Virus record (IMG/VR): IMGVR_UViG_3300017605_000956
Location: 14,479 to 78,478 of that record
Reading direction: 5' to 3' (one strand)
Length of the DNA: 64,000 nt
Source: a virus
Shown here: positions 28,164 through 37,651 of the stretch, piece by piece
How positions within the stretch are numbered: position 1 is the first letter of the stretch
How the letters are laid out: every line of letters begins with the position of its first letter
Program-made: the position numbers and the translations under genes
The notes under the pieces: generated by a model
The model's input: only the letters and a program-made list of their open reading frames with translations
Told to the model about the DNA's origin: nothing
The model's database searches: none

Positions 28164-29330
28164 ATGTGGATTGACGACTGGAAGGCGGAGCTCGAGCAAC
28201 ATCTCGACACGCCGGACGAATTCATTGAGGCAGTCGGGTATTTCGCCGTGGGTGCGGCGCTTGCGAATAAGGTCTACGTCAGAAGTCCGAAGTACGTCGG
28301 GACCAATATGTACGTGATCCTGACGTCGCCGCCTGGGTGGATGCACAAGTCGTCCACGGTGGGCGTCGGGGTCGAGCTGCTGCGGCAGGTCATCCCGTCG
28401 GACGAGGTGTTGCCGTCGAATCCGTCGATCGAGGCGCTGGGCCGGAAGATCCCGGGCCTGTGCCATGGCGACGTGGGTCACGGCGTCCTGCTGTACGACG
28501 AGTTCCGGTCGTTTCTGACGCACGTCCGGAAGGAGTACGCCTCGAGCTTGGCGTCGCTGGTGACGGAGAAGCTCGAGCGGGGGCTTCCGGTGACGTTCTC
28601 GAAGACGAAGGATTCGGGGACGGAGGAGTTCACGATCCCCGGGAAGTTCGTGTTCTCGTTCGTGGCGTCTACGACGACGCCGTGGCTGCTGGAGAACATG
28701 AAGGGCAGCGACATCGCGGGAGGCATGATGGCGCGCTTCCTGCTGGTCGAGGCGAGGAAGCAGACGCGGCTCTACGAGCTCCCGCCGCCGATCGACGACC
28801 AGGCGATCCAGAGGCTCGCGCAGGATCTGCTGAGGATCCGGGCGCACTACACGGGAGTCGAGTTCACGTTCCGGAGCGACTCGTCGAGGATGTACGCGGC
28901 GCTGTATCGGGACCTGAAGAAGGACGCCGAAGGACATGGGCACCCGGAGTACTCGTCGCTCGTGTCCCGTGGCCCCCTCTACCTGAAGAAGCTCTCGCTG
29001 CTGCGCGCGGCGCTGGCGGAGCGCGGATCCACGGTGATCCACCCGGAGGACGTGGACGCGGCCGCGGAGATGGTCTGGAAGAGCGTGAAGTCCTGCCAGG
29101 CCCTCGTCGACGAGGCATCGGCTCACGATGGGGTGTGGGGGAAGACGGTGATGCGGGTCAAGAAGATCGTCTCGGGAGCCAACCGCATCTCCAAGAGCGA
29201 TTTACTGAAGTTCGTCCACGTGCGGCCTCGGGAGCTCGATGAGGTCCTCGAGAGCCTCGTCGCCCAGGAGTCGGTCTGCATGGAGAAAGACGGGAATCGC
29301 CCCGTGGTCGTCTGGGTGGGCGAAGACTAG
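28164..29330 (+). CDS. DUF3987/YfjI-like AAA+ replicative helicase domain protein
   Basis: NMYVILTSPPGWMHKSS, SIEAL, LLYDEF, GMMARF, C-terminal winged helix. Confidence 0.8.
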   Translation: MWIDDWKAELEQHLDTPDEFIEAVGYFAVGAALANKVYVRSPKYVGTNMYVILTSPPGWMHKSSTVGVGVELLRQVIPSDEVLPSNPSIEALGRKIPGLCHGDVGHGVLLYDEFRSFLTHVRKEYASSLASLVTEKLERGLPVTFSKTKDSGTEEFTIPGKFVFSFVASTTTPWLLENMKGSDIAGGMMARFLLVEARKQTRLYELPPPIDDQAIQRLAQDLLRIRAHYTGVEFTFRSDSSRMYAALYRDLKKDAEGHGHPEYSSLVSRGPLYLKKLSLLRAALAERGSTVIHPEDVDAAAEMVWKSVKSCQALVDEASAHDGVWGKTVMRVKKIVSGANRISKSDLLKFVHVRPRELDEVLESLVAQESVCMEKDGNRPVVVWVGED

Positions 29331-29337
29331 CGTTTAT

Positions 29338-29405
29338 ACGTCGATTTGGCGCGTCGTTGGGGGTGGGATGGGTCTGTGACCCATCCCACCCCCAGCACGT
29401 CGATT
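29338..29405. repeat. 17-bp hairpin flanked by 9-bp direct repeats
   Basis: ACGTCGATT at 29338 and 29397; TGGGGGTGGGATGGGTC-TGT-GACCCATCCCACCCCCA. Confidence 0.8.
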
Positions 29406-29445
29406 GGGGGCCATGTGTGGCCCAACTGGAATGGAGGGTACTGGT

Positions 29446-29961
29446 ATGGGACTCGGTGCTATTTTCGTGGATGGCGGCAACGTCTCGTTCGCGCTGAAGA
29501 AGCGATCTCGGGACCAGGGCACGCCGCGGCAGAAGCTCGAGTACGGCGAGCTGGTCAAGGCGCTCGAGGGGAAGCTGGGCGTCAGCCTGGCGTTCAAGGC
29601 ATACTACACGGCGCATCACGATCCGGCCCTCTTGGTGCATCGGGCCGGGTTCTACACGCATCTCCGGCTGAACGGCTGGTCGATCTTCGACACGCCCTCG
29701 AAGCTCTGTCCCGACGGCATCTGGAGGGACAAGGGCGTCGACATGGCGATCGGCCTGGACGCCTACGCGCTGGCCCTCAAGACGCAGATCGACACGCTGG
29801 TCCTCCTGTCCCATGACGAGGACTTCGTCGAGCTGTTCAAGCGGCTGCCAGACGGCATGAGGGGCGTCTCCGTGGGCTTCAAGGATCGCACCGCGATGGC
29901 GATCCAGAAGGTCGCGACGGAGGTGATCTGGCTCGAGGAGCTGGCCGGGGTGATCCGGTGA
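29446..29961 (+). CDS. NYN (LabA/DUF88, PIN-fold) nuclease
   Basis: IFVDGGNV, KGVD, SHDEDF. Confidence 0.9.
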   Translation: MGLGAIFVDGGNVSFALKKRSRDQGTPRQKLEYGELVKALEGKLGVSLAFKAYYTAHHDPALLVHRAGFYTHLRLNGWSIFDTPSKLCPDGIWRDKGVDMAIGLDAYALALKTQIDTLVLLSHDEDFVELFKRLPDGMRGVSVGFKDRTAMAIQKVATEVIWLEELAGVIR

Positions 29962-30407
29962 ACAAAGGCGGTACCTGGCCTGAGACAAAGTACTGGCGCG
30001 AGGCGATGGAGGCTGCTCAGAAGAGGCTCGGCAAGGTCAACCTCTTCAACGGGACCAATGGGACCGGGAGCGGCTACTACGTGGCTCACGACTCACGGGC
30101 GATGTGCTGCTCGCAGTTCGTCCCGTCGGCCAGGAACTCTCAGGGGCCACGCAAGGTGAAGGAACACCTGAGGACCGCGGTCCATTTCAGGACGTGGTGC
30201 GTCGGGAATCGGGAGAAGGCCCTGGAGCTGTTCCCGGAAGTGAAGCCGCTGTTCGCGGAGTACGAGCTGACGAAGGACGCGATCCGTCCTGGCGTCTCGT
30301 CGACTACGTCGATCGAGATGGTCGGATCGAAGCTCACAATCGTCAGGACGACGGTCGATGCGTCGAAGGCGAAGTTCACGATCAGGGATGGAGGGAGGAA
30401 ACCTTGA
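29958..30407 (+). CDS. hypothetical protein with AExxLT motif
   Basis: HFRTWC..FPEVKPLFAEYELT. Confidence 0.65.
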   Translation: MNKGGTWPETKYWREAMEAAQKRLGKVNLFNGTNGTGSGYYVAHDSRAMCCSQFVPSARNSQGPRKVKEHLRTAVHFRTWCVGNREKALELFPEVKPLFAEYELTKDAIRPGVSSTTSIEMVGSKLTIVRTTVDASKAKFTIRDGGRKP

Positions 30408-30799
30408 GTCGCAAGCGGAAGGAGGTGGTTGATCCGGATCTGGTGGAGGTGGCCCCAGGCCTTCAGCTCTGGGAGCTGGATCTCTACCGGAAGCTGATCA
30501 TGTTCGGAGAATGGCACAACCTGGACTTTCTTTTTCCCCGCGCAGGTCCACTTGTGCCGACGCCGTTGTTCAACGTGCTCGTGAAAGCGGGGAGGAAGAA
30601 GGAGCCGATGTCGATCGACGACGTGGAACTCTCGGAGGAGACGAAGGCGCTCCTCGAGCAGCGGGCAAAGGCCGGCTGCGTCTGCTGCCAGTACATCCTC
30701 GATGACTGGAAGGCGAACAACAAGCTGACCGACTACGGGAACTTCCCCGGAGAGGCGAAGCTGAACCACATCCAGGCTGAGAAGGATTGCCAGGTATGA
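30404..30799 (+). CDS. hypothetical protein
   Basis: TTG start after GGAGG, overlapping the upstream stop. Confidence 0.6.
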   Translation: MSRKRKEVVDPDLVEVAPGLQLWELDLYRKLIMFGEWHNLDFLFPRAGPLVPTPLFNVLVKAGRKKEPMSIDDVELSEETKALLEQRAKAGCVCCQYILDDWKANNKLTDYGNFPGEAKLNHIQAEKDCQV

Positions 30800-31068
30800 C
30801 GGACGTAGATGCGGTGATCGTCCCGGAGAGTCGTGCCAACGAGACGTTCAAGGCCCTCGGGTTCTCGGTCTTCATGGTGAAGGGCACCGTGGGGATCGCG
30901 ATGGTCGAGGTGGTCCAGCGGGCCGAGCGTCTCAACAAGGTCTACACGGCGTGGATGAAGCGAGGAGTCAACACCAACATCTCGAAGGTACTTCGGGAGC
31001 TGGCGTCCGTTTCTGACGCGGTGGAGAAGTATCAGGACGCGCAGAAGAAGGCGAGAGGAGGGGTCTGA
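30796..31068 (+). CDS. hypothetical protein
   Basis: ATGA coupling. Confidence 0.6.
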   Translation: MTDVDAVIVPESRANETFKALGFSVFMVKGTVGIAMVEVVQRAERLNKVYTAWMKRGVNTNISKVLRELASVSDAVEKYQDAQKKARGGV

Positions 31069-31556
31069 TGTCGAGGTACCTGATGTTTTTCGATGGCGCC
31101 TGTCCAGGCGGGATTCCGCACTTTGGGTGGATCTTGGAGACGGACGACGGCAAGCCCGTCACCGAGGGGAATGGTCCAGTGTTCCTCCTCGGGACTGAGC
31201 AGACGACGAACATCGCGGAGTATGGCGGCCTGATCCACGGGCTCGCCGGCGCCATCGCGCATCTGAAGGACGGGGACGCGCTCGCGGTCTTCGGGGACAG
31301 CCAGCTCATCGTGCGGCAGGTGAACGGCTGGTACCGGATCAAGAAGGAGCACCTGCTCCCCTACGTGAGGAAGGCCCACGAGCTGATCAAGGCGCTGCAG
31401 GAGAAGAAGGTCACCGTGTCGATCGACTGGGTCCCGCGCGAGAGGAATGAGAAGGCGGACAGGCTCTCGAAAAGGTCGACCTTGACCTATCCGACAGATG
31501 CGGAGCGTGCGCCGAAGGACCAGACGCTGAACGACGAATGCAAGAGCGATGAATAG
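31068..31556 (+). CDS. rnhA: ribonuclease HI
   Basis: FDGAC, TNIAEY, GDSQL, WVPRERNEKAD. Confidence 0.92.
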   Translation: MSRYLMFFDGACPGGIPHFGWILETDDGKPVTEGNGPVFLLGTEQTTNIAEYGGLIHGLAGAIAHLKDGDALAVFGDSQLIVRQVNGWYRIKKEHLLPYVRKAHELIKALQEKKVTVSIDWVPRERNEKADRLSKRSTLTYPTDAERAPKDQTLNDECKSDE

Positions 31557-31767
31557 CATCGAGGAGAAGCTCGCGGAATTCCGTGAGCAGTACCGTCGTG
31601 AGCGAGAGCTGGAGAGGCTCTGGAACGCGGCCTCGCGGCCGGTCCAGGCCCTGTTCTACTACTTCGAGATGGAGTACTACTTCATCCGCTGGAACTGGCG
31701 GTCCATGACCAAGGAAGAGGCCACGATTGTGTGGCCCAAAGAGGTCGATAAGCCCCGAAAGAAATGA
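31549..31767 (+). CDS. hypothetical protein
   Basis: Coupled ORF. Confidence 0.55.
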   Translation: MNSIEEKLAEFREQYRRERELERLWNAASRPVQALFYYFEMEYYFIRWNWRSMTKEEATIVWPKEVDKPRKK

Positions 31768-32156
31768 TCCCGCAGAAGGAACCGCTCGGAAGTGAGAGCG
31801 GTCTCTTTCTGCCCGAAGATCAGAAGCGATCGTCGGGGCTGCCGCCGATGAAGCGTGTCAGGGTAAAGGTCTACTTCAAGAAGATGGAGAAGGTGATGGA
31901 AGGCGAAGAGATCGTGCTGTCTCCCGAGACGCAGGCGTACCTCGAGACGCAGCGGAACAAGTGTATGCTCTGCAAAATGATCCTCGAGGATCACGCCCAG
32001 CACGGGAAACTGACCGGGTACCCGAAGGAGATCGACGGGCGAGGGCAGTTCCCGGTCGAAGCGAAGATCCGGCACGTCCAGATCGAGAAGCTCCACGCGC
32101 CGGAGGTTCCGGCTGGGGCGCAGCCCCAGCCGGAAGGGGGAGCCGATGGGGAATAA
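31764..32156 (+). CDS. hypothetical protein
   Basis: Coupled ORF. Confidence 0.6.
   Translation: MIPQKEPLGSESGLFLPEDQKRSSGLPPMKRVRVKVYFKKMEKVMEGEEIVLSPETQAYLETQRNKCMLCKMILEDHAQHGKLTGYPKEIDGRGQFPVEAKIRHVQIEKLHAPEVPAGAQPQPEGGADGE
32107..32135. repeat. perfect hairpin with GCA triloop inside a CDS
   Basis: TTCCGGCTGGGGC-GCA-GCCCCAGCCGGAA. Confidence 0.85.
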
Positions 32157-32406
32157 CGGCGTCTACCAGGCCAGCCTGATCATCGAGGGAATCCGTCGCG
32201 ACGCGATCGACTGGGCCGCGAAGGAAGGGCTTGGCATGGCGCGAAAGGGCCGGCCCAAAAGCGAGCTTCAGGTCATGGGAGTCGCCGTGACCGACTTCGG
32301 GTTCAAGGTGACGGTGGTCGAGAAGACCGGGGACCGGATGGCGACCTGCACGTTCCTGTCGACGGGCGCGCGGTCGATGTACGAGCTCGACAAGAAAGGA
32401 GGGTGA
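32146..32406 (+). CDS. hypothetical protein
   Basis: Coupled ORF. Confidence 0.6.
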   Translation: MGNNGVYQASLIIEGIRRDAIDWAAKEGLGMARKGRPKSELQVMGVAVTDFGFKVTVVEKTGDRMATCTFLSTGARSMYELDKKGG

Positions 32407-32407
32407 T

Positions 32408-32551
32408 GTGCCCGAGAAAACGTGCTGCGGCCGGAAGTTGAAGTCGCTGGGCGGGATCGGCTGGTGGAAGTTCTTCTCGTGCCCAAAGTGCGCGACGATC
32501 TGGCGACAGCATCGTGGATCGAAGGCGTGGAAGAAGGAAGGCGGCTGCTGA
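32408..32551 (+). CDS. 47-aa Zn-ribbon protein
   Basis: Not in track; RBS AAGGAGG; CCG..CPKC. Confidence 0.55.
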   Translation: MPEKTCCGRKLKSLGGIGWWKFFSCPKCATIWRQHRGSKAWKKEGGC

Positions 32552-32586
32552 GGGCCGAAGAGGAAGGCCCGTGTGGCCGGATCAAG

Positions 32587-32778
32587 ATGACGACCTGTAT
32601 GGCCTGTGGGAAATCGCTGAAGAAAGGCGTAGACTATCCGCGGGAGACGACGGAGATCCACGGGATCGTCGTCACGCCGGAGACGCCAATCCTCTGCTGG
32701 GACCCGGACGCCTGTATCAAGCGCGCTCGTGAGAGGCGCGACTTGCCAGGGTCCGTGAGAAAGGAGCTGTTCAAATGA
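32587..32778 (+). CDS. small Zn-finger protein
   Basis: CMAC..CWDPDAC. Confidence 0.55.
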   Translation: MTTCMACGKSLKKGVDYPRETTEIHGIVVTPETPILCWDPDACIKRARERRDLPGSVRKELFK

Positions 32779-32996
32779 CCAAGTACTTCTTTTTCGGAAA
32801 CGTGCGTTCCGAAGGAAGCCTCGACGATCAGGATCGTGTGACGCGGGGCAAGGGTTTCGTGGTCGCCGGCGGCAACGCGAAGGACCACAAAGAGACGGTC
32901 GAGATCACTCGCCTGGTGCAGGAGGGCGTCCAGATGGACGGCATCCACCACGTCGAGGAGATCATCAAGGACGTGGTCAAGAAGGTGAAGGGATGA
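32775..32996 (+). CDS. hypothetical protein
   Basis: RBS AAGGAG. Confidence 0.6.
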   Translation: MTKYFFFGNVRSEGSLDDQDRVTRGKGFVVAGGNAKDHKETVEITRLVQEGVQMDGIHHVEEIIKDVVKKVKG

Positions 32997-33121
32997 GCTG
33001 CAAGAAGAGGAAGATCCAGCACCGCCCCTGCCGATGGAAGGGCGGCTGGATGTGCTTCAACTGCGGCCGTCGGTGGAAGAACTATCCGAGCAACGTGGAC
33101 CCGAGAAAGGTGAAGGCCTAG
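32993..33121 (+). CDS. 42-aa basic Cys/His protein
   Basis: Not in track; MSCKKRKIQH..CFNCG. Confidence 0.5.
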   Translation: MSCKKRKIQHRPCRWKGGWMCFNCGRRWKNYPSNVDPRKVKA

Positions 33122-33310
33122 ATGGCGACCAACGACGAAGTCGAGCAGTCGTTCCTGCGCCAGCTTCCGCCGCGTGTCTTGCGGTGGCTCGAGGACTACC
33201 ACCGCTGCGCGCCCGAGCTGAAGGATCTCAACTTGGCCCGCCTACTGGTCAACACCTACGGACATGGGTTGGAAGACGGCGCGAAAGCTAAACCCAAGGA
33301 AAGGAGCTAG
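33122..33310 (+). CDS. hypothetical protein
   Basis: Abuts the upstream stop. Confidence 0.55.
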   Translation: MATNDEVEQSFLRQLPPRVLRWLEDYHRCAPELKDLNLARLLVNTYGHGLEDGAKAKPKERS

Positions 33311-33314
33311 GCCG

Positions 33315-33611
33315 ATGTCGATGCCGATCGTGAAGTACGACAAGAAGGGCAGACTGATCTGCCCGACCTGCGAGATGACGATTCCGATCCCGGAGACGCA
33401 CTGGCTCGGCAAGGGGCCGGGGACGTGTCCAAACACCCAGTGGCGCGGAGGTCTGCACCGCTTCTGGATCACGGAGGACGTGTCCTACGCGGTGAACGAC
33501 ATCCGCTCGAAGAGCAATCCCGACGGCGAGCAGAAGCGCCTCCTCAAGACGTTCGAGGAGATCCCGCGCGAGATCCGGCCGGAGCAGGAGGGCGGAATCG
33601 TCCATGGATGA
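33315..33611 (+). CDS. Zn-ribbon protein
   Basis: CPTC..CPN..H. Confidence 0.6.
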   Translation: MSMPIVKYDKKGRLICPTCEMTIPIPETHWLGKGPGTCPNTQWRGGLHRFWITEDVSYAVNDIRSKSNPDGEQKRLLKTFEEIPREIRPEQEGGIVHG

Positions 33612-33948
33612 GCGGTGGACCGTCATCCTGGAGTTGGCGCCTCCTACGAAGAACAAGCTCGAGGCCGCGGAGCGCGCCCTGAAGGGTGAGGACTACGGGG
33701 CGGAGTACGTCGCCACGAAGAAGAGCGTCCTTCTGTCCGTCGACGTGAGCGGTCAGTTCAAGGCCATCGTGAAGATGTTCCTCGTCGGCCGCCTGATGAC
33801 GCAGTTCTACGTCGATCAGAGCGGGTCGTACCACTGGGAAGCGCCTCCCGGCGTGGAGATGAACCAGGGAGAGCGGCTCTTCTTCGTACTCGACGAGTTG
33901 GAGGAAGGCGGGGGCAGAGCTAAGGTTACGTTGGTAGGGATGCGATGA
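33604..33948 (+). CDS. hypothetical protein
   Basis: Coupled ORF. Confidence 0.6.
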   Translation: MDERWTVILELAPPTKNKLEAAERALKGEDYGAEYVATKKSVLLSVDVSGQFKAIVKMFLVGRLMTQFYVDQSGSYHWEAPPGVEMNQGERLFFVLDELEEGGGRAKVTLVGMR

Positions 33949-34184
33949 GCCTGATGAAAGGGTCGATCGGAGTGGCGCGTCGGATCCACTATCTCGACCA
34001 GGTGGATCGGCCTCAGTTCGGCGTGTGGGCGAGCTCGGCCTGCGGGTCCTGGGCCGGCTCGGTGAAGGTCGTGCCGGAGAAGGTCCCGGTGTCGTGCGGC
34101 GCGTGTCGAAAGCTCGACCCGTCGAAGATCGAGACGAAGGACATCTCGAACCGGCCTTACGAGCCGGGCAAAGGCGTTTTCTAG
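33945..34184 (+). CDS. small His/Cys Zn-finger protein
   Basis: H..ACG..CGAC. Confidence 0.55.
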   Translation: MSLMKGSIGVARRIHYLDQVDRPQFGVWASSACGSWAGSVKVVPEKVPVSCGACRKLDPSKIETKDISNRPYEPGKGVF

Positions 34185-34200
34185 GATCGAGGGGGACATC

Positions 34201-34452
34201 ATGGATATTGGCGATCTTGCGGTCTTTCCAGCGGGGCTGCCGATCAAGGATCGGAGCAGGGCCTTCCAGTACGAGATCGTGCGGCGATGCGAGTGCGGGA
34301 AGGTCGACTGCTGGATTGGACGATTGACGTCGGGCTTGGAGATGCACTTCCAGGCCAGCAAAGCCCGCATCGTGAAGACGAAGGAGCAGCGCGCCGAGGA
34401 GCTGCTGGTCTACGGACCTGAAGACGAGCTTGAGGAGAACCCGGGTCTATGA
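34201..34452 (+). CDS. small SH3-like protein
   Basis: IGDLA start; ends EQRAEELL. Confidence 0.55.
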   Translation: MDIGDLAVFPAGLPIKDRSRAFQYEIVRRCECGKVDCWIGRLTSGLEMHFQASKARIVKTKEQRAEELLVYGPEDELEENPGL

Positions 34453-34922
34453 TCTGCGACGAGTGCAACGAGCGGGTGAAGACGCTTCACCAGAACTTCT
34501 ACGGAGCCTACTGCGACAAGTGCGTGGGAGGTGCCGATGACCGGGCGAAGAAGCTCTATGCGGAGCTCCGGAAGGAGGAGCTGCTGTCGGGACCTGAGTT
34601 CTTCACCCTGAAGGACTTCGAGCGGTTCATGATGAAGTTCTCGCTCTACTTCCTCGACAACATGAGCCGGGAGAGCACGAAGCGGATCCGGGGGACGATC
34701 CCCCAGCTCCTCCAGCCGGTGTTCATGTGCTTGCACCTGAAGGACCTCGTGGTCGAGAAGATGCCGTTGAACTACGTGTCGTCGATGAAGTCGGAAGGAC
34801 GGGACCGGTTCCACTACGGGGCGACCTACCAGTTCAAGAGGGATGTCCCGAAGGCAGTGGTCATCAAGGCGATGGAAGACGCAGGTTTGATACGAGCAGG
34901 GGAACGAGAGGAGGGTTCATGA
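34449..34922 (+). CDS. Zn-finger hypothetical protein
   Basis: CDEC..CDKC. Confidence 0.6.
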   Translation: MICDECNERVKTLHQNFYGAYCDKCVGGADDRAKKLYAELRKEELLSGPEFFTLKDFERFMMKFSLYFLDNMSRESTKRIRGTIPQLLQPVFMCLHLKDLVVEKMPLNYVSSMKSEGRDRFHYGATYQFKRDVPKAVVIKAMEDAGLIRAGEREEGS

Positions 34923-35104
34923 CGGGTTACAGGATCGCGGTGTACTGGGAGAAGTTCGGAGGGACGGAAGAGGGCTCGATGAACGACGAGCGGCAGATCG
35001 TCGTCGACCGGAAGCCCTCGGGTCAGGAGATGCGAGATGTCGAGGACGCGCTCCACCTGAAGCTGATGGAGATGGGACTCAAGAAGCAGGGGGACACGCG
35101 ATGA
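34919..35104 (+). CDS. hypothetical protein
   Basis: RBS GGAGG; coupled. Confidence 0.55.
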   Translation: MTGYRIAVYWEKFGGTEEGSMNDERQIVVDRKPSGQEMRDVEDALHLKLMEMGLKKQGDTR

Positions 35105-36924
35105 GGCGCAGCATTGTAGCGGTAGACCTGTTTTGTGGCGCAGGCGGAACGAGCACGGGCCTCGCCCAGGCGTGCGAGCAGCTCGGCCTGAAGGTCGAGC
35201 TCACGGCGATCAACCACTGGAAGGTCGCCATCGCGTCCCACAAGAAAAACCATCCGTGGGCGAGGCACATCGACTCCACCATCGAGAAGGTCGACCCGTT
35301 GGACGTGGCGCCAGGGCGGCGCATCGACCTCCTGGTGGCGAGCCCGGAGTGCAGGCACCACTCGACGGCCCGCGGCGGCCGGCCGATCAACGACCAGAAG
35401 CGGTCGAGCGCGTGGCACATCCTCCGCTGGGCGGAGCTGCTCTACGTGAAGAACATCCTGATCGAGAACGTCCCCGAGTTCAGGAAGTGGGGGCCGGTGA
35501 ATTCCAAGGGCAAGCGGATCAAGTCGCTCGAGGGGAAGACCTACGAGGCCTTCGTCAACGCGCTGCGCGCCCTCGGCTACCACGTCGAGGAGCGGATCCT
35601 CAATGCGGCGGACTACGGCGACGCCACGACCCGCAAGAGGCTCTTCATCATCGCCAGGCGGCACAAACGGACGATCCCTTGGCCGAAGCCGTCCCACTCC
35701 CAGGCTCAGTGGACGCCGGCGAAGAAGATCATCAACTGGGCGCTCCCGGGAACCTCGATCTTCCGGCGCAAGGAGGCCGGGCTTCAGCCGCTCGCGGCGA
35801 AGACGATCGACCGGATCGCGGAGGGCATCAAGAAGTTCGCCGGGCCGTGGGCCGAGCCGTTCCTGGTGCTGCTCCGTGGTACCGGGAAGTCCAGGTCGAT
35901 CAAGCTCCCCCTCCCGGCGCTGACCGCGCAGGGGAACCACGTCGCACTGTGCGAACCCTTCCTGCTGTCGCACCGCGTGTTCAAGCAGAGCAACGTCGAC
36001 TCGATCAAGAAGCCGATGCGGACGATCACGTCGACGGCGAGGGACATCGCTCTCGCCCAGCCGTTCCTGATCAACCTCGAGCACTACGGCGGAAACGGGA
36101 AGAACGTCCGGTCGATGAAGGACCCGATCTACACGATTTCCACGAAGACCGGGATGGGGATAGCGGTGCCCTTCATGGTACCGCAGTTCGGGGAGAACAA
36201 GGGGCAGAAGCCCAGGACTCACTCTGTCGGGAAGCCTCTGCCCGCACCCACCAGTCATGGCGCCGGCGCGCTGGTCGCTCCGATCATCATCACCCCCGGA
36301 GGTCCAAATCTCAGGAAGGGACGAAGCGTGAACGAGCCGCTGCCCACGGTGACGTGCAAGGACCGCTTCGCCGTGGCGACGCCGTTCATCCTGCCCAGGA
36401 AGGGCTTCTACCAGAGCACGGGCAACATCCCGCGATCGGTGGAGAAGCCCATCCCGACGGCCACGACCCGCGGCGCCGGGTTCCTGGTCGAGCCGTACAT
36501 GGTGAAGGTCAACCACGGCCAGAACGACACGAAGAAGGGCTCTGTGGGACGTCGAGCCCACTCGCTCAAGAAGCCCCTGCCCACGCTGACGACGCACAAC
36601 GGGATGGCGCTCGTCGCGCCCATGCTGGTGAAGTACTACGGCACCGGGCAAGCCAAGAGCGTGACGGATCCGGTTCCGACGATGACCACGAAGGCGAGGG
36701 CCGGGCTCTGCACGCCCATCGCGGCCGGGGAGTACGCGATCGACATCCTGTTCCGGATGCTGACCCCGCAGGAGCTGGCGGCCGCGATGAGCTTCCCAAA
36801 GGGATACGAGTTCGCAGGGCGCAAAGAGGACCAGGTGAAGCAGATCGGGAATGCCGTGGCGGTGAAGAAGGCGCGCGCCCTCTGCACGGCGATCCTCAAG
36901 GAAGAGTTTCGAGTCAGGGCGTAG
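35101..36924 (+). CDS. C5-cytosine DNA methyltransferase with repeat-expanded variable region
   Basis: DLFCGAGG (I), SPEC (IV), ENV (VI), RKRLF (VIII), IGNAV (X). Confidence 0.95.
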   Translation: MRRSIVAVDLFCGAGGTSTGLAQACEQLGLKVELTAINHWKVAIASHKKNHPWARHIDSTIEKVDPLDVAPGRRIDLLVASPECRHHSTARGGRPINDQKRSSAWHILRWAELLYVKNILIENVPEFRKWGPVNSKGKRIKSLEGKTYEAFVNALRALGYHVEERILNAADYGDATTRKRLFIIARRHKRTIPWPKPSHSQAQWTPAKKIINWALPGTSIFRRKEAGLQPLAAKTIDRIAEGIKKFAGPWAEPFLVLLRGTGKSRSIKLPLPALTAQGNHVALCEPFLLSHRVFKQSNVDSIKKPMRTITSTARDIALAQPFLINLEHYGGNGKNVRSMKDPIYTISTKTGMGIAVPFMVPQFGENKGQKPRTHSVGKPLPAPTSHGAGALVAPIIITPGGPNLRKGRSVNEPLPTVTCKDRFAVATPFILPRKGFYQSTGNIPRSVEKPIPTATTRGAGFLVEPYMVKVNHGQNDTKKGSVGRRAHSLKKPLPTLTTHNGMALVAPMLVKYYGTGQAKSVTDPVPTMTTKARAGLCTPIAAGEYAIDILFRMLTPQELAAAMSFPKGYEFAGRKEDQVKQIGNAVAVKKARALCTAILKEEFRVRA

Positions 36925-36926
36925 CT

Positions 36927-37136
36927 ATGTGCCTGAGCTGCAAGCGGTGCGCGTGTCCCCACGGCGCCGGTCCCTGTGACCTGTACACGCCGAATGGGGT
37001 TTGCGTCGCCTGTCGTAACTTTTGCGAGAAGGGGTTGAACCGTGGCCTGTCGTGGGCACATTTGGGACGTGCCTCGTCTGGAGCACCTGGACTTCGGGAC
37101 GGGGCCGCGGCACAGGAAGTACAGGAAGTGCCTTAG
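36927..37136 (+). CDS. possible small Cys-rich protein
   Basis: MCLSCKRCAC..CVAC; overlaps an alternative Cys-rich frame starting at 37042. Confidence 0.35.
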   Translation: MCLSCKRCACPHGAGPCDLYTPNGVCVACRNFCEKGLNRGLSWAHLGRASSGAPGLRDGAAAQEVQEVP

Positions 37137-37198
37137 GTGCGAGAAGCGTCAAACGGAGTTTTCGGTTCCCTGTAATTGCGAAGGAATGGAGAAGAGAG

Positions 37199-37651
37199 AT
37201 GGGCAAGTACGCGGAGGGGACGAGCGTCCCCGTGGAGAGAAGTCAGACCGAGATCAACCGGGTCCTGGCGAAGTTCGGCGCGGACCAGTTCGCGCAGGCC
37301 TCGAGCACGACGCCTCCGGCGGTCCTGATCGGGTTCAGGGCCAAGGGCAAGCTGATCAAGTTCCACCTGCCCATGCCGACGGGAAAGGACTTCCGGGGCA
37401 CGGAGCTCCAGATCGAGAAGCAGTTCCAGGCGGAGTGCCGGCGCCGGTGGCGCGCGCTGCTCCTCGTGCTGAAGGCGAAGCTCGAAGCGGTCGACTCGGG
37501 CATCACCACGTTTGAGCAGGAGTTCTACGCCCACATGGTCCTGCCTGGCGGGATGACGGTCTTCGAGTCGACGAACAAGGAGGTCTCGCGGGCGATCGAG
37601 ACGGGAACGCCTCCTTCGTTCATGATCGGCTTCGACGGGGGAAAGAAGTGA
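37199..37651 (+). CDS. phage hypothetical protein
   Basis: YAEGTSVPVERS.., RRRWRALLLVLKAKLEAV, EQEF. Confidence 0.75.
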   Translation: MGKYAEGTSVPVERSQTEINRVLAKFGADQFAQASSTTPPAVLIGFRAKGKLIKFHLPMPTGKDFRGTELQIEKQFQAECRRRWRALLLVLKAKLEAVDSGITTFEQEFYAHMVLPGGMTVFESTNKEVSRAIETGTPPSFMIGFDGGKK

